Below are positions 12,359 to 25,100 of a stretch of DNA of 64,000 bases, piece by piece. Source of the DNA: Malacoraja senta (Eukaryota). The DNA is taken from the NCBI GenBank assembly GCA_038087875.1, contig CM075988.1:496001-560000 (forward strand). The letters run 5' to 3'. Positions within the stretch are counted from its first letter, which is position 1. Each line of letters opens with the position of its first letter. The notes beneath the pieces were generated by a model. It had not been told where the DNA came from, searched no databases, and saw only the letters and a list, made by a program, of their open reading frames with translations. The translations under genes and the position numbers were made by a program.

Positions 12359-13257
12359 CATTGTCCTCATATTTGGTTCTGGATTCAGAAAGAAACCCAA
12401 TTAGGTCACACCCAATTGTTTCCAGACTAATGAAAGGAATCTTTAATTCCAAACCACCGAACCTAGGTACATGACAATCTGGGATGTAAGTGTGGTACTG
12501 AAACTACTTTGTGAATGGTCACCAAGAATGGTCACCTTTGGCCAAGCTCAGTATGAAAGTATTCATGCTTATGGCATTAGTGACAGCACAACGAGTGCAA
12601 ACACTTGGAAAATTACAAATAGATAGTATGGAAGTAACTGAAGACAATGTTACATTCTATATCGATGACCTACTAAAGCAAATTAGGCCAGGTGTGACAG
12701 GATTTAAAATTATGCTAGCAGCATATCCAAATGATCCTTGTCTCTGTATTAAGACATATTTATTACAATACATTGAGGTCACAAAGAATTTGAGAAATAC
12801 GGAAACTGGGTTGTTGATCACACACAAGAAACCACACAAGAGAGTTTCAATACAGACTATTTCCAGATGGATAAAAGAAGTCTTAACAGCTGCTGGTATT
12901 AACACTTATGTTTTTACATCTCACTCGACTAGGGCAGCAGAAACGTCGGCGGCCAGGGCAAAAGACGTTCCCGTCGACCATATCCTCGCAGCCGCTGGGT
13001 GGTCCAATGAGTTGATGTTTCAACATTTTTACCATCGGCCTATTGTTAATGCGGGATTGTTTGCAGAAACTATTTTAAGTTCTGTGTAAATTCCTCTGGT
13101 TTAAAGGGGATCTGATTAATTTCATTATTGAAATGAATTACTGCATTTGTGGTACAAATGTTATTATGAATGCATGATTGATTATTCTCGTTCTGAGTCA
13201 ATCAATGCAGTGAGAAGCCGGGATTGATCTACGGCATGAAATCACAAAGCTTTAAAA

Positions 13258-13369
13258 TCTTCACGTAGTCACTCACGTGACTCTGAAGTAAAATAGTAAG
13301 ATTAAACGAGATCTTACCAGTTTGAAGTTTGATCTTTATTTTATGAGGAGTTACGTAGGTGATTACGTG
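13258..13369. repeat. DIRS internal complementary region (ICR)
   Basis: Its reverse complement matches the element's right end (about 13523-13599) joined through TATT to the left start (3302-3335), with few mismatches. Confidence 0.93.
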
Positions 13370-15924
13370 CCCACCACGACCCTACCCTCTATCATAAAGG
13401 TCAGATGGAAGTTCTTGTATTACTCGTTTTATTATGAGACTATATTACTTCGGTTGTTGTTTTTTGTGATTTCACACCGCTGCTTTGAAGATTGACGCGC
13501 AGGCGCAATGGCGGGGTTCTTCACGTAGTCACCTACGTAACTCCTCATAAAATAAAGATCAGACTTCAAACTGGTAAGTTCTCGTTTAATCTTACTATTA
13601 AAGATGGGATGGCAGCACATTTGGAAAGTGGTGAAATCATTGGACAAAGTCAGCATGGATTTATGAAAGGTAAATCATGTCTGACGAATCTTATAGAATT
13701 TTTCGAGGATTTAACTAGTAGAGTGGATAAGGGAGAACCAGTGGATGTGTTATACCTGGACTTTCAGAAGGATTTCGACAAGGTCCCACATAAGAGATTA
13801 GTATACAAACTTTAAGCACACGGTAGTGGGGGTTCAGTATTGATGTGGATAGAGAACTGGCTGGCAGACAGGAAGCAAAGAGTAGGAGTAAACGGGTCCT
13901 TTTCACAATGGCAGGCAGTGACTAGTGGGGTACCGCAAGGCTCAGTGCTGGGACCCCAGCTATTTACGATATATTTTAATGATTTGGACGAGGGAATTGA
14001 ATGCAACATCTCCTAGTTTGCGGATGACATGAAGCTGGGGGGCAGTGTTAGCTGTGAGGAGGATGCTCGGAGGCTGCAAGGTGACTTGGATAGGCTGGGT
14101 GAGTAGGCAAATGCATGGCAGATGCAGTATAATGTGGATAAATGTGAGGTTATCCACTTTGGTGGCAAAAACAGGAAAGTAGACTATTATCTGAATGGTG
14201 GCCGATTAGGAAAAGGGGAGATGCAACGAGACCTGGGTGTCATGGTACACCAGTCATTAAAAGTAGGCATGCAGGTGCAGCAGGCAGTGAAGAAAGCGAA
14301 TGGTATGTTAGCATTCATAGCAAAAGGATTTGAGTATAGGAGCAGTGAGGTTCTACTGCAGTTGCACAGGGTCTTGGTGAGACCACACCTGGAGTATTGC
14401 GTACAGTTATGGTCTCCTAATCTGAGGAAAGACATTCTTGCCATAGAGGGAGTACAGAGAAGGTTCACCAGACTGATTCCTGGGATGTCAGGACTTTCAT
14501 ATGAAGAAAGACTGGATAGACTCGGTTTGTACTCGCTAGAATTTAGAAGATTGAGGGGGGTTCTTATAGAAACGTACAAAATTCTTAAGGGGTTGGACAG
14601 GCTAGATGCAGGAAGATTGTTCACGATGTTGGGGAAGTCCAGAACAAGGGGTCACAGTTTAAGGATAAGGGGGAAATCTTTTAGGACTGAGATGAGGAAA
14701 ACATTTTTCACACAAAGTGGTGAATCTCTGGAATTCTCTGCCACAGAAGGTAGTTGAGGCCAGTTCATTGGCTATATTTAAGAGGGTTAGATGTGGCCCT
14801 TCTGGCTAAAGGGATCAGGGGGTATGGAGAGAAAGCAGGTACAGGATACTGAGTTGGATGATCAGCCATGATCATATTGAATGGTGGTTCAAAGGGCCGA
14901 ATGGCCTACTCCTGCACCTATTTTCTATGTTTCTATGTTTCTATTAGGCGAGAAATAGTATTGGGTAGGCTAATGGTACTGAAGGATGATTAATCCCCTG
15001 GACCTGATGGTCTGCATCCCAGGGTCCTCAGGGAGGTGGCTCTAGAAATAGTGGACACATTGGTGATCATTTTCCTATGTTCAATAGATTCAGGATCAGT
15101 TCCTGTGGATTGGAGGATAGCTAATGTTATCCCACTTTTCAAGAAAGGAGCAAGAGAGAAAACAGGGAATTACAGACCAGTTAGCCTGAAACATAGAAAC
15201 ATAGAAAATAGGTGCAGGAGGAGGCCATTCAGCCCTTCGAGCCAGCACCGCCATTCATTGTGATCATGGCTGATCGTCCCCTATCTATAACCCGTGCCTG
15301 CCTTCTCCCCATATCCCTTGACCCCACTAGCCCCTAGAGCTCTTTCTAACTCTGTCTTAAATCCATCCAGTGATTTGGCCTCCACTGCCCTCTGTGGCAG
15401 GGAATTCCATAAATTCACAACTCTCTGGGTGAAAAAGTTTTTTCTCACCTCAGTCTTAAATGACCTCCCTTTTATTCTAAGACTGTGGCCCCTGATTCTG
15501 GACTCGCACAACATTTGGAACATTTTTTCCTGCATCTCGCTTGTCCAGTCCTTTTATAATTGTATATGTGTCTATGAGATCCCCCCTCATCCTTCTAAAC
15601 AAAGTGAATACAAGCCTAGTCTTTTCAATCTTTCCTCATATGACAGTCCCGCCATCCCAGGGATCAATCTCGTGAACCTATGCTGCACTGCCTCAATCAC
15701 AAGGATGTCCTTCCTCGAATAAGGAGACCAAATCTGTACACAATACTCCAGATGTGGTCTCACCAGAGCCCTATACAACTGCAGAAGAACCTCTTTACTC
15801 CTATACTGAAATCCTCTTGTTATGAAGGCCAACATTCCATTAGCTTTCTTCACTGCCTGCTGTACCTGTAAGCCAACTTTCAGGACGCCCAGGTCTTGCT
15901 GCACCTCCTCCTTACCTAACCTAA

Positions 15925-17097
15925 AACCCCTGTCTCACTGTGCGAGCTGACCCACGAGGTACCCCGAGCTTAAAACAAATTGAATTCATGGTAATCACGT
16001 ACGATTAACGTAGCGGGAACATCGGAACTCGTGGACGCAACTTAGCGTCTCTTGGCGCTAACGGCAGGTACCCGTGACACTTGTTAACTCTTGGAAAAAT
16101 TCAAACATGTTTAAACTTTTCCACGAGTAAAATGTACTCTTGAGGTTAAAATTTGAAACATTTAAACACGTTGTAAGAACGCAGTGGCCCGTGCGTTTAC
16201 CTTAGTGACTCGCGAGTCTACCGTGGGAACTCTTGAACTCAGCGGGCAGGCAGCATCTCTGGAGAGAAGGGATGGGTGATGGGATGACATTTCCAAATTG
16301 GGGGGGAGTGGGGGGTTGGAGGAGGGAGGGGGGGGTGGAGGAGAGAGGGTGGAGAGTGGAGGGAGAGGAGGGGGAGACAGATGGGGGTGTCTTCATTCAC
16401 TAGTGGCGGGTGCCGGTCACTGAAACAGGCAGGTGAGATTTCACATCCACCTTGTGTGTGTGTGTGTGTCTCTCCCTCCCTCCCTGCCTCTCACACAGGC
16501 TGAGAGACTCTGCCTCTGTGAGTGTACGTCTCTTTCTCCCCCTCCCACACACAGTAAGACCGAGGTAAGTCCATCTGTGTAAGTCCATCTGTGTCTCCCA
16601 CATACACAGTAAAGCTCTCCTTTGTGTGTATATACGTCGCCCCCCATTTCTCTCTTTCTCCCCCCCACCTCTCTCTTTCTCCCCCACCACCCACCTCTCT
16701 CTTTCTCCCCCACACACAATAAGACCGATGTATTCTGCTTAGTCTCTCTTCCCTCCCACACACACAGATAGACCGAGGTCCTGTGCGCTCTTTCTCTCTC
16801 CCCCACAGTCACGCCGAAGTACACCACACTGCCTCTGTGCCTCTCTCTGTCTCTCTCCCCATCTCCTTCATACACAGTCAGAGGTGCACTGCCTCTGTGC
16901 CTCTCTCTGTGTCTCTCTCTCCCCTACACACACACACAGACTGAGGTACACACTGCCCGTTGTGTGTGTGTGTGTCTGCCTCTGTCTCTCTCCCACACAC
17001 ACAGTTAAAGGTACTCCACGCTGCCTGTGTGTGTCTCTCTCTCTCTCTGTCCCACCCCCCACACCCACAGTCAGTCAGTCAGTCAGAGGAACTCCAC

Positions 17098-17128
<31 letters not shown>

Positions 17129-17750
17129 CTCTGTCTCTCCCTATCACAGTCAGAGTGAGATACTCCCCCCACAGTCTCTCCGCGGCCTCTCCCCGGGCAG
17201 GGTGCATCTGCCTCCCTCAGGCACCAAAGCAGCTCAGGAGGCGAACCCTGAGCTCTGTCTCCCAACAATCTGATGTGCGCATCCGTCCACATTCAAAGAT
17301 TTCATCTCCGGTCTCCCCGCAGTGTGTAGACCTGGCAGTAAATTCAATTAAAATATAGCAAACCTCCGCCTGCTGGTCTTCTAACTACGTGATGTGTGTT
17401 TCAAACAAATCATCAGTATAACTGCCCTGGCACTGGACGGTGCGCATTTTCCCTTTGTAGATCACATCAATAGATGCGGCCTTCAAAGCCGCAGGATGGA
17501 GATGTTGTTTATTAAAACAGACCTTCATTGAAGGTTGGCTCAAGAGTAACTCGGGAAAGGAACTTGTTAACTCAGGAGACGAACTTGGAACATCGCAGAA
17601 ATAACAGTTAACGGCAAACTTGAGTCATACCCGTGGGAACTCGGTTAAACTCTTGATCATACACTTGGAATCTCGTGCACAACCTCTCTGGGTCACTCGT
17701 GGGAATCTCTGGGTCACTCGTGGGTCAACTCGCACAGTGAGACAGGGCTT
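15925..17750. mobile_element. Non-autonomous DNA transposon, PIF/Harbinger-like
   Basis: 34-bp TIRs (15925-15958 and 17717-17750, 2 mismatches); TAA duplicated at 15922-15924 and 17751-17753; the host CR1 rejoins as CCTAACC-TAA-CCCCATT. Confidence 0.85.
16295..17180. repeat. CT/CA/GT low-complexity degenerate minisatellite inside the Harbinger-like element
   Basis: Recurring TCTCTCTCCCCCACACACAG-type units and (GT)n runs. Confidence 0.85.
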
Positions 17751-20700
17751 TAACCCCATTGAGATAATAATCTGCCCCCTTGTTTTTGCCGCCAAATGTT
17801 TATAACCTCACATTTATCTATATTATACTGCATCTGCCACGCATCTGCCCACTCACTCAACCTGTCCAGGTCACCCTGCAACCTCCTAACATCCTCTTCA
17901 CAGTTCACACTGCCACCCAGCTTTGTGTCATCCGCAAACTTGCTTGTGTTGCTCCTAATTCCCTCTTCCAAATCATTAATATATATGGTAAACAGTTGCG
18001 GCCCCAACACCGAGCCTTGTGGCACTCCACTCACCACTGCCTGCCATTCTGAAAAGGACCCGTTCACTCCTACTCATTGCTTCCGGTCTGCCAACCAATT
18101 TTCTATCCATGTCAACACCCTACCCCCAATACCATGTGCTCTAATTTTAATCACCAGTCTCCTGTGCGGGACCTTATCAAAGACTTTTTGAAAGTCTGGT
18201 TACACTACATCCACTGGCTCCCCTTCATCCATTTTACTTGTCACTTCCTCAAAAAATTCCAGAAGATTAGTCAAGCATGATTTCCCTTTCATAAATCCAT
18301 GTTGATTTGGACTAATCCTTTTACTGCTATCCAAATGCCCCATTATTACCTCTTTAATAATTGACTCCAGCATCTTTTCCACCACCTAACTGGCTAACTG
18401 GTCTGTAATTCCCCGTTTTCTGTCTCGCTCTTGAAAAGTGGGATAACATTAGCTATCTTCCAATCCACAGGAACTGATCCTGAATCTATTGAACATTGGA
18501 AAATGATCACCAATGCGTCCACTATTTCTAGAGCCACCCTGAGTACCCTGGGATACAGACCATCAGGTCCAGGGGAGTTATCATCCTTCCGTCCCATTAG
18601 CCTACCCAATACTATTTCTCACCTAATGAAAATTTATTTCAGTTCCTCTACCCCCTAAGATCCTCTGTCCTCCAGTACGTCTGGGAGATTGTTTGTGTCT
18701 TCCTTAATGAAGACAGATCCGAAGTACCTATTCAACTCTTCTGCCATTTCCTTGTTGCCCATAATAATTTCACCCGTGTCTGCTTTGAAGGGACCCACAT
18801 TTGACTTGGCTTTTCTTTTTCCCTTAACATATCTAAAGAAACTTTTACTGTCCTTCTTTATATTCCTGTCCAGCTTCCCTTCGTACTTCATCTTTTCAGC
18901 CCGTATTGCCCGTCTTGTTTCCTTCTGTTGTCCTATGAAAGTTTCCCAATCCTCTGGCTTCTAGCTACTCTTTCCCGGCTACATCTTTTCTTTTAGTTTT
19001 ATTCTATCCCTAACTTTTCTTGTCAGCCATGGTTGCCTCCTACTCTCCTTAGAATCTTTCTTCCTTTTTGGAATGAAATGATCCTGCGTCTTCCGGATTA
19101 TGCCCAGAAATTCCTGCCATTGCTGTTCCACCGTCATTCCTGCTAGGATCCCTTTCCAGTCTACTTTGGCCAGCTCCCCTCTCATGCCTTCATAGTCCCC
19201 TTTGTTCAACTGCATCACTGCCACTTCCGATTTAACGATCTCCTTCTCAAATTGCAGATTAAAACTAATCATATTATGATCACTACCTCCGAGCGGTTCC
19301 TTTACCTCGAGTTCTCTTATCATATCTGTTTCATTGGACAACACTAAATCCAGAATTGCCTTTTCTCTGGTCGGCTCCATTACAAGCTGCTCTAAGAATC
19401 CATCTCGGAGGCATTCTACAAACTCTCTTTCTTGGGGTCCTGAACCAACCTGATTTTCCCAGTCTACCTGCATATTGAAATCCCCCATCACCACAGTGGC
19501 ATTACCTTTGTTACATGCCAGTTTTAACTCCTGCTGCAATGTACACCCTACATCCGGGCTACTATTTGGGGGTCTGTAGATAACACCAATTAGTGTCTAC
19601 TTTCCCTTACAATTCCTCAACTCAATCCACCGTGACTCTACCTCGTCAGTCTCTGTCTTCCCTCGCAAGGGACTGAATTCCATCCCTCATCAGCAGAGCT
19701 ACCACCCCCCCTCCTCTGCCCACCTGCCTGTCCTTCCTATAGGATGTATAACCCTGAATATTAAGTTCTCATGGCCCGATCCTCCTGCAACCACGTCTCA
19801 GTAATCCCCACAATGACATATCTACCAACGTCTAACTGAGCCTCAAGCTCATCTACTTTACTTCTTATACTTCACGCATTCATATACAATAGTTTTAATT
19901 CCTTGCGCATCTCACCTTTCACATCGATCCTTATTACACTTGGCCATACGCTCCTATCCCTTTGTGAGCTTCCTTTCCTGTTAATTCTGGGGTCATTAAC
20001 CATCCCTTTACTCTCTTTCCCTTTAACTCCGTCCTCGACTATCCCAATTGATACCCCACCCCCCTTATTCAGTTTAAAACCACCTGTGTAGCAGTGGCAA
20101 ACCTGCCTGCCAGAATGCTGGTCCCCCACCTGTTAAGATGCAATCCGTCCATTTTGTACAGTTCCCCCTTACTCCAAAACAGATCCCAGTGATCTAAGAC
20201 TTCGGTGGTGGGAAAGATGCTATAGTCAATTATTAAAGAGGTAATAATGGGGCTTTTGGATAGCAGTGAAAGGATTAGTACAAGTCAACATGGATTTATG
20301 AAAGGGAAATCATGCTTGACTAATCTTCTGGAATTTTTTGAGGATGTGACAAGTAAAATGGATGAAGGGGTGCCAGTGGATGTAGTGTATCTAGACTTTC
20401 AGAAAGCCTTTGATAAGGTCCCGCACGGGAGACTGGTGACTAAAATTAGAGCACATGGTATTGGGGATAGGGTGTTGACATGGATAGATAATTGGTTGGC
20501 AGACCAGAAGCAAAGAGTAGGAGTGAAGCGGTCCTTTTCAGAATGGCAGGCAGTGGTGAGTGGAGTGCCACAAGGCTCGGTGTTGGGGCCGCAACTGTTT
20601 ACCATATATATTAATGATTTGGAAGAGGGTATTAGGAGCAACACTAGCAAGTTTGCGGATGACACAAAGCTGGGTGGCAGTGTGAACTGTGAAGAGGATG

Positions 20701-21597
20701 TTAGGAGGTTGCAGGGTGACCTGGACAGGTTGAGTGAGTGGGCAGATGCGTGGCAGATGCAGTATAATATAGATAAATGTGAGGTTATCCACTTTGGCGG
20801 CAAAAACAAGGGGGCAGATTATTATTTTTATGGGGTTAGGTTAGGTAAGGGGGAGGTGCAGCAAGACCTGGGTGTCGTTGTACACCGGTCACTGGAAGTT
20901 GGCTTTCAGGTACAGCAAGCAGTGAAGAAAGCTAATGGAATGTTGGCCTTCATAACAAGAGGATTTCAGTATAGGAGTAAAGAGGTTCCTCTGCAGTTGT
21001 ATAGGGCTTTGGTGAGACCACATCTAGAGTATTGTGTACAGTTTTGGTCTCGTAATTTGAGGAAGGACATCCTTGTGATTGAGGCAGTGCAGCATAGGTT
21101 CACGAGATTCATCCCTGGGATGGCGGGACTGTCATATGAGGAAAGATTGAAAAGACTAGGCTTGTATTCACTGGAATTTAGAAGGATGAGGGGGATTCTT
21201 ATAGAAACATATAAAATTATAAAAGGACTGGACAAGCTAGATGCAGGAAAAATGTTCCCAATGTTGGGCGAGTCCAGAACCAGGGGCCACAGTCTTAGAA
21301 TAAAGGGGAGGTCATTTAAGACTGAGGTGAGAAAAAACGTTTTCACCCAGAGAGTTGTGGATTTATGGAATTCGCTGCCACAGAGGGTAGTGGAGGCCAA
21401 GTCACTGGATGGATTTAAGAGAGCGTTAGATAGAGCTCTAGGAGCTAGTGGAGTCAAGGGATATGGGGAGAAGGCAGACACGGGTTATTGATAGGGGACG
21501 ATCAGCCATGATCACAATGAATGGCGGTGCTGGTTCGAAGGGCCGAATGGCCTCCTCCTGCACCTATTTTCCATGTTTCTATGTTTCTATGTTTCTA

Positions 21598-22094
21598 GCA
21601 CTCCAGAGATCCATGCAAGGATAGACTTACCTCCTTGGTTGCTGTGATCTGTAAAAAAAAGATGAAAATGTCTAAAATTGATTGTCTACCCTCTCCCCCG
21701 TTTCTCTTCCAGAGTCTGTCACCTGTTGCAGCAGCTTTTCTGACAGTTTCTGAGCTGCCAGCCCACCAGGCCTGGGTTTCTGAGCTGCCAGCCCACCAGG
21801 CCTGGGTTTCTGAGCTGCCAGCCCACCAGGCCTGGGTTTCTGAGCTGCTAGCCTGCCAGGCCTGAGTGACTGTGCTGCCAGCCGAAGAATCCATTCGGCC
21901 CACAATTCCCATACAAGCTGTCTGGAAACCATTTCCTTCGGTCCACAAAACACATGCTAGCTCTCCAGAAAGCACCCCCCCCCCCCCCCCCCCACTGGCC
22001 AGCAATCTTGGAATTGGTGGAGAGGTGGAATATAGCGTTGGGGGACCAGCCCACCCGTGTGAAGCTGGGACCCAACGTGTCCCACTTATCCAGT
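21598..22094 (+). mobile_element. Non-autonomous repeat, possibly Helitron-like, with a 30-bp minisatellite (21746..21882)
   Basis: Homologous to 40395-40500 and 41045-41095; ends in hairpin GGGACCCAACGTGTCCC followed by a degenerate CTAG-like CCAGT. Confidence 0.5.
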
Positions 22095-22128
22095 TACTGA
22101 TTAAAAGTAAGTAAGAAGTTTCAACTTT

Positions 22129-25100
22129 ATTATATACTCATGCCTTTAAGTAAAACACATTACCAGAAACACTAGCTGAATCAACCAGTATACTCATACC
22201 AAAAAAAGATAAAGATCTAGAAGAACCAGGCTCATACAGAGCTATAGCACTCTTAAATACAGATCAGAAAATACTAGCAAAGACTTTAGCGAGAAGACTG
22301 AGTAAATACGTAAACAAACTAATAAACCCGGATCAAACGGGGTTTATACCTAAAAGATACTCAGCCAATAATCTAAGACGCTTGTTTAATATAATGTACT
22401 CACTAAAAACTGAAGAAGAAGATGTATCAATTATTTCATTGGATGCAGAAAAAGCATTTGATCAAGTAGAATGGCCACATCTTTATAAAGTATTGCAAAA
22501 ATTTAACATGGGAGAGAATTTTGTTTCATGGGTTAAATTATTATATGATAAGCCGACAGCTAGAATACTGACCAATAATATGTTGTCTTTAAAATTTCAT
22601 TTAACAAGGGGCAATAGACAGGGGTGTGCACTATCACCCCTACTATTTGGATTTGTGAAAGAGCCTTTTGCATAAAGTATAAGAAGCCATCCGAATATTC
22701 GGGGATATAATACCAAAGATTCAAATAATAAAATCTCACTATAAGCAGACGACGTATTATTATACATCACAAATTCGCAAATTAGTATACCAAACATACT
22801 AAATTTAATAGAGGAATTTGGCTCCTTTTCAGGATATAGAATAAATTGGAAAAGTGAAATTATGACGTTAAAACCACACGACTCGACACATCTGTTAAAA
22901 TTTCCCTTTAAAATTGCAACAGAAAAATTTAAGTATTTGGGTACCCAAATTACTAGAAAATATAAATCATTATTTAATGCAAATTTTATGCCTTTACTAA
23001 CTAAACTGAATGGGTTGATTAAATTCTGGAAAACCTTGCCGATGTCTTTAATAGGTAGAATAAATGCTATGAAAATATTTTTTTTCTGAGAGGACTGTTC
23101 CCCTTTTAACATAGATCCTTCTCTCACCAATAAAAATAAAGAATACAATATATAGTAAAAATCCAATTATTCATAGTACAATTAGAATTTGGAAACAAAT
23201 AAAATTAACGTTAAAATTAAGAAATCTATCACTTATTTCACCTATAATGAATAACCCCTTGTTTAAACCTTCTATGATAGATAGAGCTTTTATAAATTGG
23301 GAACGAGTAGGAATTAAAACGTTTGGAGATATGTATGATAATGGAAGTTTTTTAACATTTCACCAATTACAACTTAAATACAACTTGAATAGTAATCAAT
23401 ATTTTAAATATTTTCAACTATGTGACTATTTGAAAAAGTATACACGAGAATATCAAAATATGCCTCCTGACTTATTAGATGGAATAATGAATATTAAAGC
23501 GGAATCAGCTAATTTATTATCATACCTATATAATTCCATTTTAAATATAGAAATTCCATCATTGGATGGGATCAGAAGAGAATGGGAACAGGAACTAGCT
23601 ATAAAAATCTCGAAAGAGAGTTGGGATAAACATCTATTATATGTGCATAAATGTTCGATTAACGTAAGACATACTCTGATTCAATTTAAAATTTTACATA
23701 GATTATATTATTCAAAAGCTAAATTAAGTAAATTTTACCCAAATACCTCTGCTAACTGTGATAAATGCCTAGAATCAACTATAGCACATTCTTTTGTTTT
23801 TTGTATAAAAATTCAAAAATTTTGGAATGACATTTTTGAAATTTTCACTAAATTATTTAAAATAAAACTGAAACCGAATGCAGAACTAATTATTTTTGGA
23901 ACAATAGAAGCAAGTTTGGAGCTGACTTCGTTTCAAAGGAGTTTTCTTATTTATGGCTTAATAACAGCAAAAAAATTAATACTGAAATTTTGGAAAAATG
24001 CTCCTACAATGCGCCAACAATAAAAATATGGACTTCTAATATGTCGGAATTGTTACATCTAGAAGATATGAAATTCCTCCTAGCAGGTAAACAAGACCAA
24101 TTCCAAAAGGTTTGGTCTCCATATATCGACTTATTACAAACATAGGGTGCAACAAAATGATGATAATAAATGGTTTTAGGGCCTGGCGAGGGGTGAGTAA
24201 AGATAAGAAGTAGGTACATCCCTTTCAGATTGTCCTATTTTATTTTATTTTTACTCTTTTTTTTCTTTTCTTCTTTAACTACTTCTTGTGGTTAAGGTTC
24301 AGATGTGTGTTCCTGGACCACTTTCTCACACTCACTGACTGTCTTTGCTAGCTCTTTCTATCCTTTTTTTCTATTAAAGTTGAAAAACAAAAGTGGTACA
24401 AGAATTGTATAAATTTATGTTATTGCAGATTACTGTAATGCAGAATACTTCTAATAAAAATAAATAAAAAAAATAAAAAAAATAAAATAATTGTTCTACC
24501 ACAAATATTATACCTATTTCAATCTATTCCAATATACTTACCAAAAAAATTCTTTAAGAAATTAGATTCTAGTATTACTAACTTCATATGGGACTATAGA
24601 GCGCATAGAATCCAAAGAAAACATCTGTGTAAACCTAAAGAATTTGGGGGAACTGACACTCCCAAACTTTTTATACTAATTAATTAGTTGGACAGCTCTG
24701 CCCAACAGGTAGAATGGAGAAGAATGGAGAAACAGGATTGTTCTCCTTTTAATATAGGAGCGATCCTCTTCTCCCCGATAAAATTAAACAATACAATATA
24801 TAAGAAGAACCCAATTATTCACAACACAATTCGAATTTGGAAACAAATAAAACTAACTTTGAAAGTAAGAAATTTATCGCTTTTAACTCCAATAGTAAAT
24901 AACCCCTCATTCAAGCCATCTCTTATTGATAAAGCGTATACCTTTTGGGAAAGATTAGAAATTAAAAGCTTTGGAGATTTGTATGAAATGGGAATCTTTT
25001 TATCATTTCAACAACTACAATTAAAATACAACTTGAAAAATAATCAATACTTTAAATACCTTCAAATCAGAGATTATTTGAAACAACACATACAAGGATA

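Larger units (their letters stand above)
6499..13089 (+). pseudogene. DIRS tyrosine recombinase, interrupted by the ERV (6499..6735 and 12359..13089)
   Basis: N-part ...GLSYSAINSARSAL rejoins SSYLVL after the ERV; ORF 12511..13089 has TAQRVQ (R), HSTR (HxxR), AGWS and FQHFY (Y). Confidence 0.92.
3298..13599 (+). mobile_element. DIRS1-type tyrosine-recombinase retrotransposon; termini complete, ORFs decayed
   Basis: Inverted terminal repeats at about 3320-3360 and 13494-13533, right extension 13534-13599, ICR 13258-13369; domain order gag, RT, RNase H, methyltransferase-like, YR. Confidence 0.95.
2177..14944 (+). mobile_element. CR1 LINE (family B), 5'-truncated, split by the DIRS element (pieces 2177..3301 and 13596..14944)
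   Basis: ORF2 reads ...GKLLESVI | KDGMAAHLESGE... across the gap, matching the uninterrupted copy at 61956..63995; (TTTCTATG)n tail at about 14921-14944. Confidence 0.93.
15190..20197 (-). mobile_element. CR1 LINE (family C) from the end of ORF1 to the tail, antisense within the previous copy
   Basis: Tail at 15190-15208; RT and EN fragments (18979..19539 and others); ORF1 esterase end DGLHLN at about 20130-20150. Confidence 0.9.
14945..21597 (+). mobile_element. CR1 LINE (family C), 5'-truncated, split (14945..15189 and 20198..21597)
   Basis: NYRPVSL | TSVVGKML rejoins across the insert; RT ORF 20247..21491 with FADD; (TTTCTATG)n tail. Confidence 0.9.

Noticed and set aside
12511..13089. 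Phage integrase or bacterial contamination
   Set aside because: It is the YR of the DIRS element, bounded by ITR and ICR and embedded in vertebrate LINEs.
14187..14624. Recurrent antisense ORFs opposite CR1 RT (also 20966..21481, 35064..35513, 62233..62625)
   Set aside because: They recur only because the CR1 copies are homologous; there is no independent evidence of coding.
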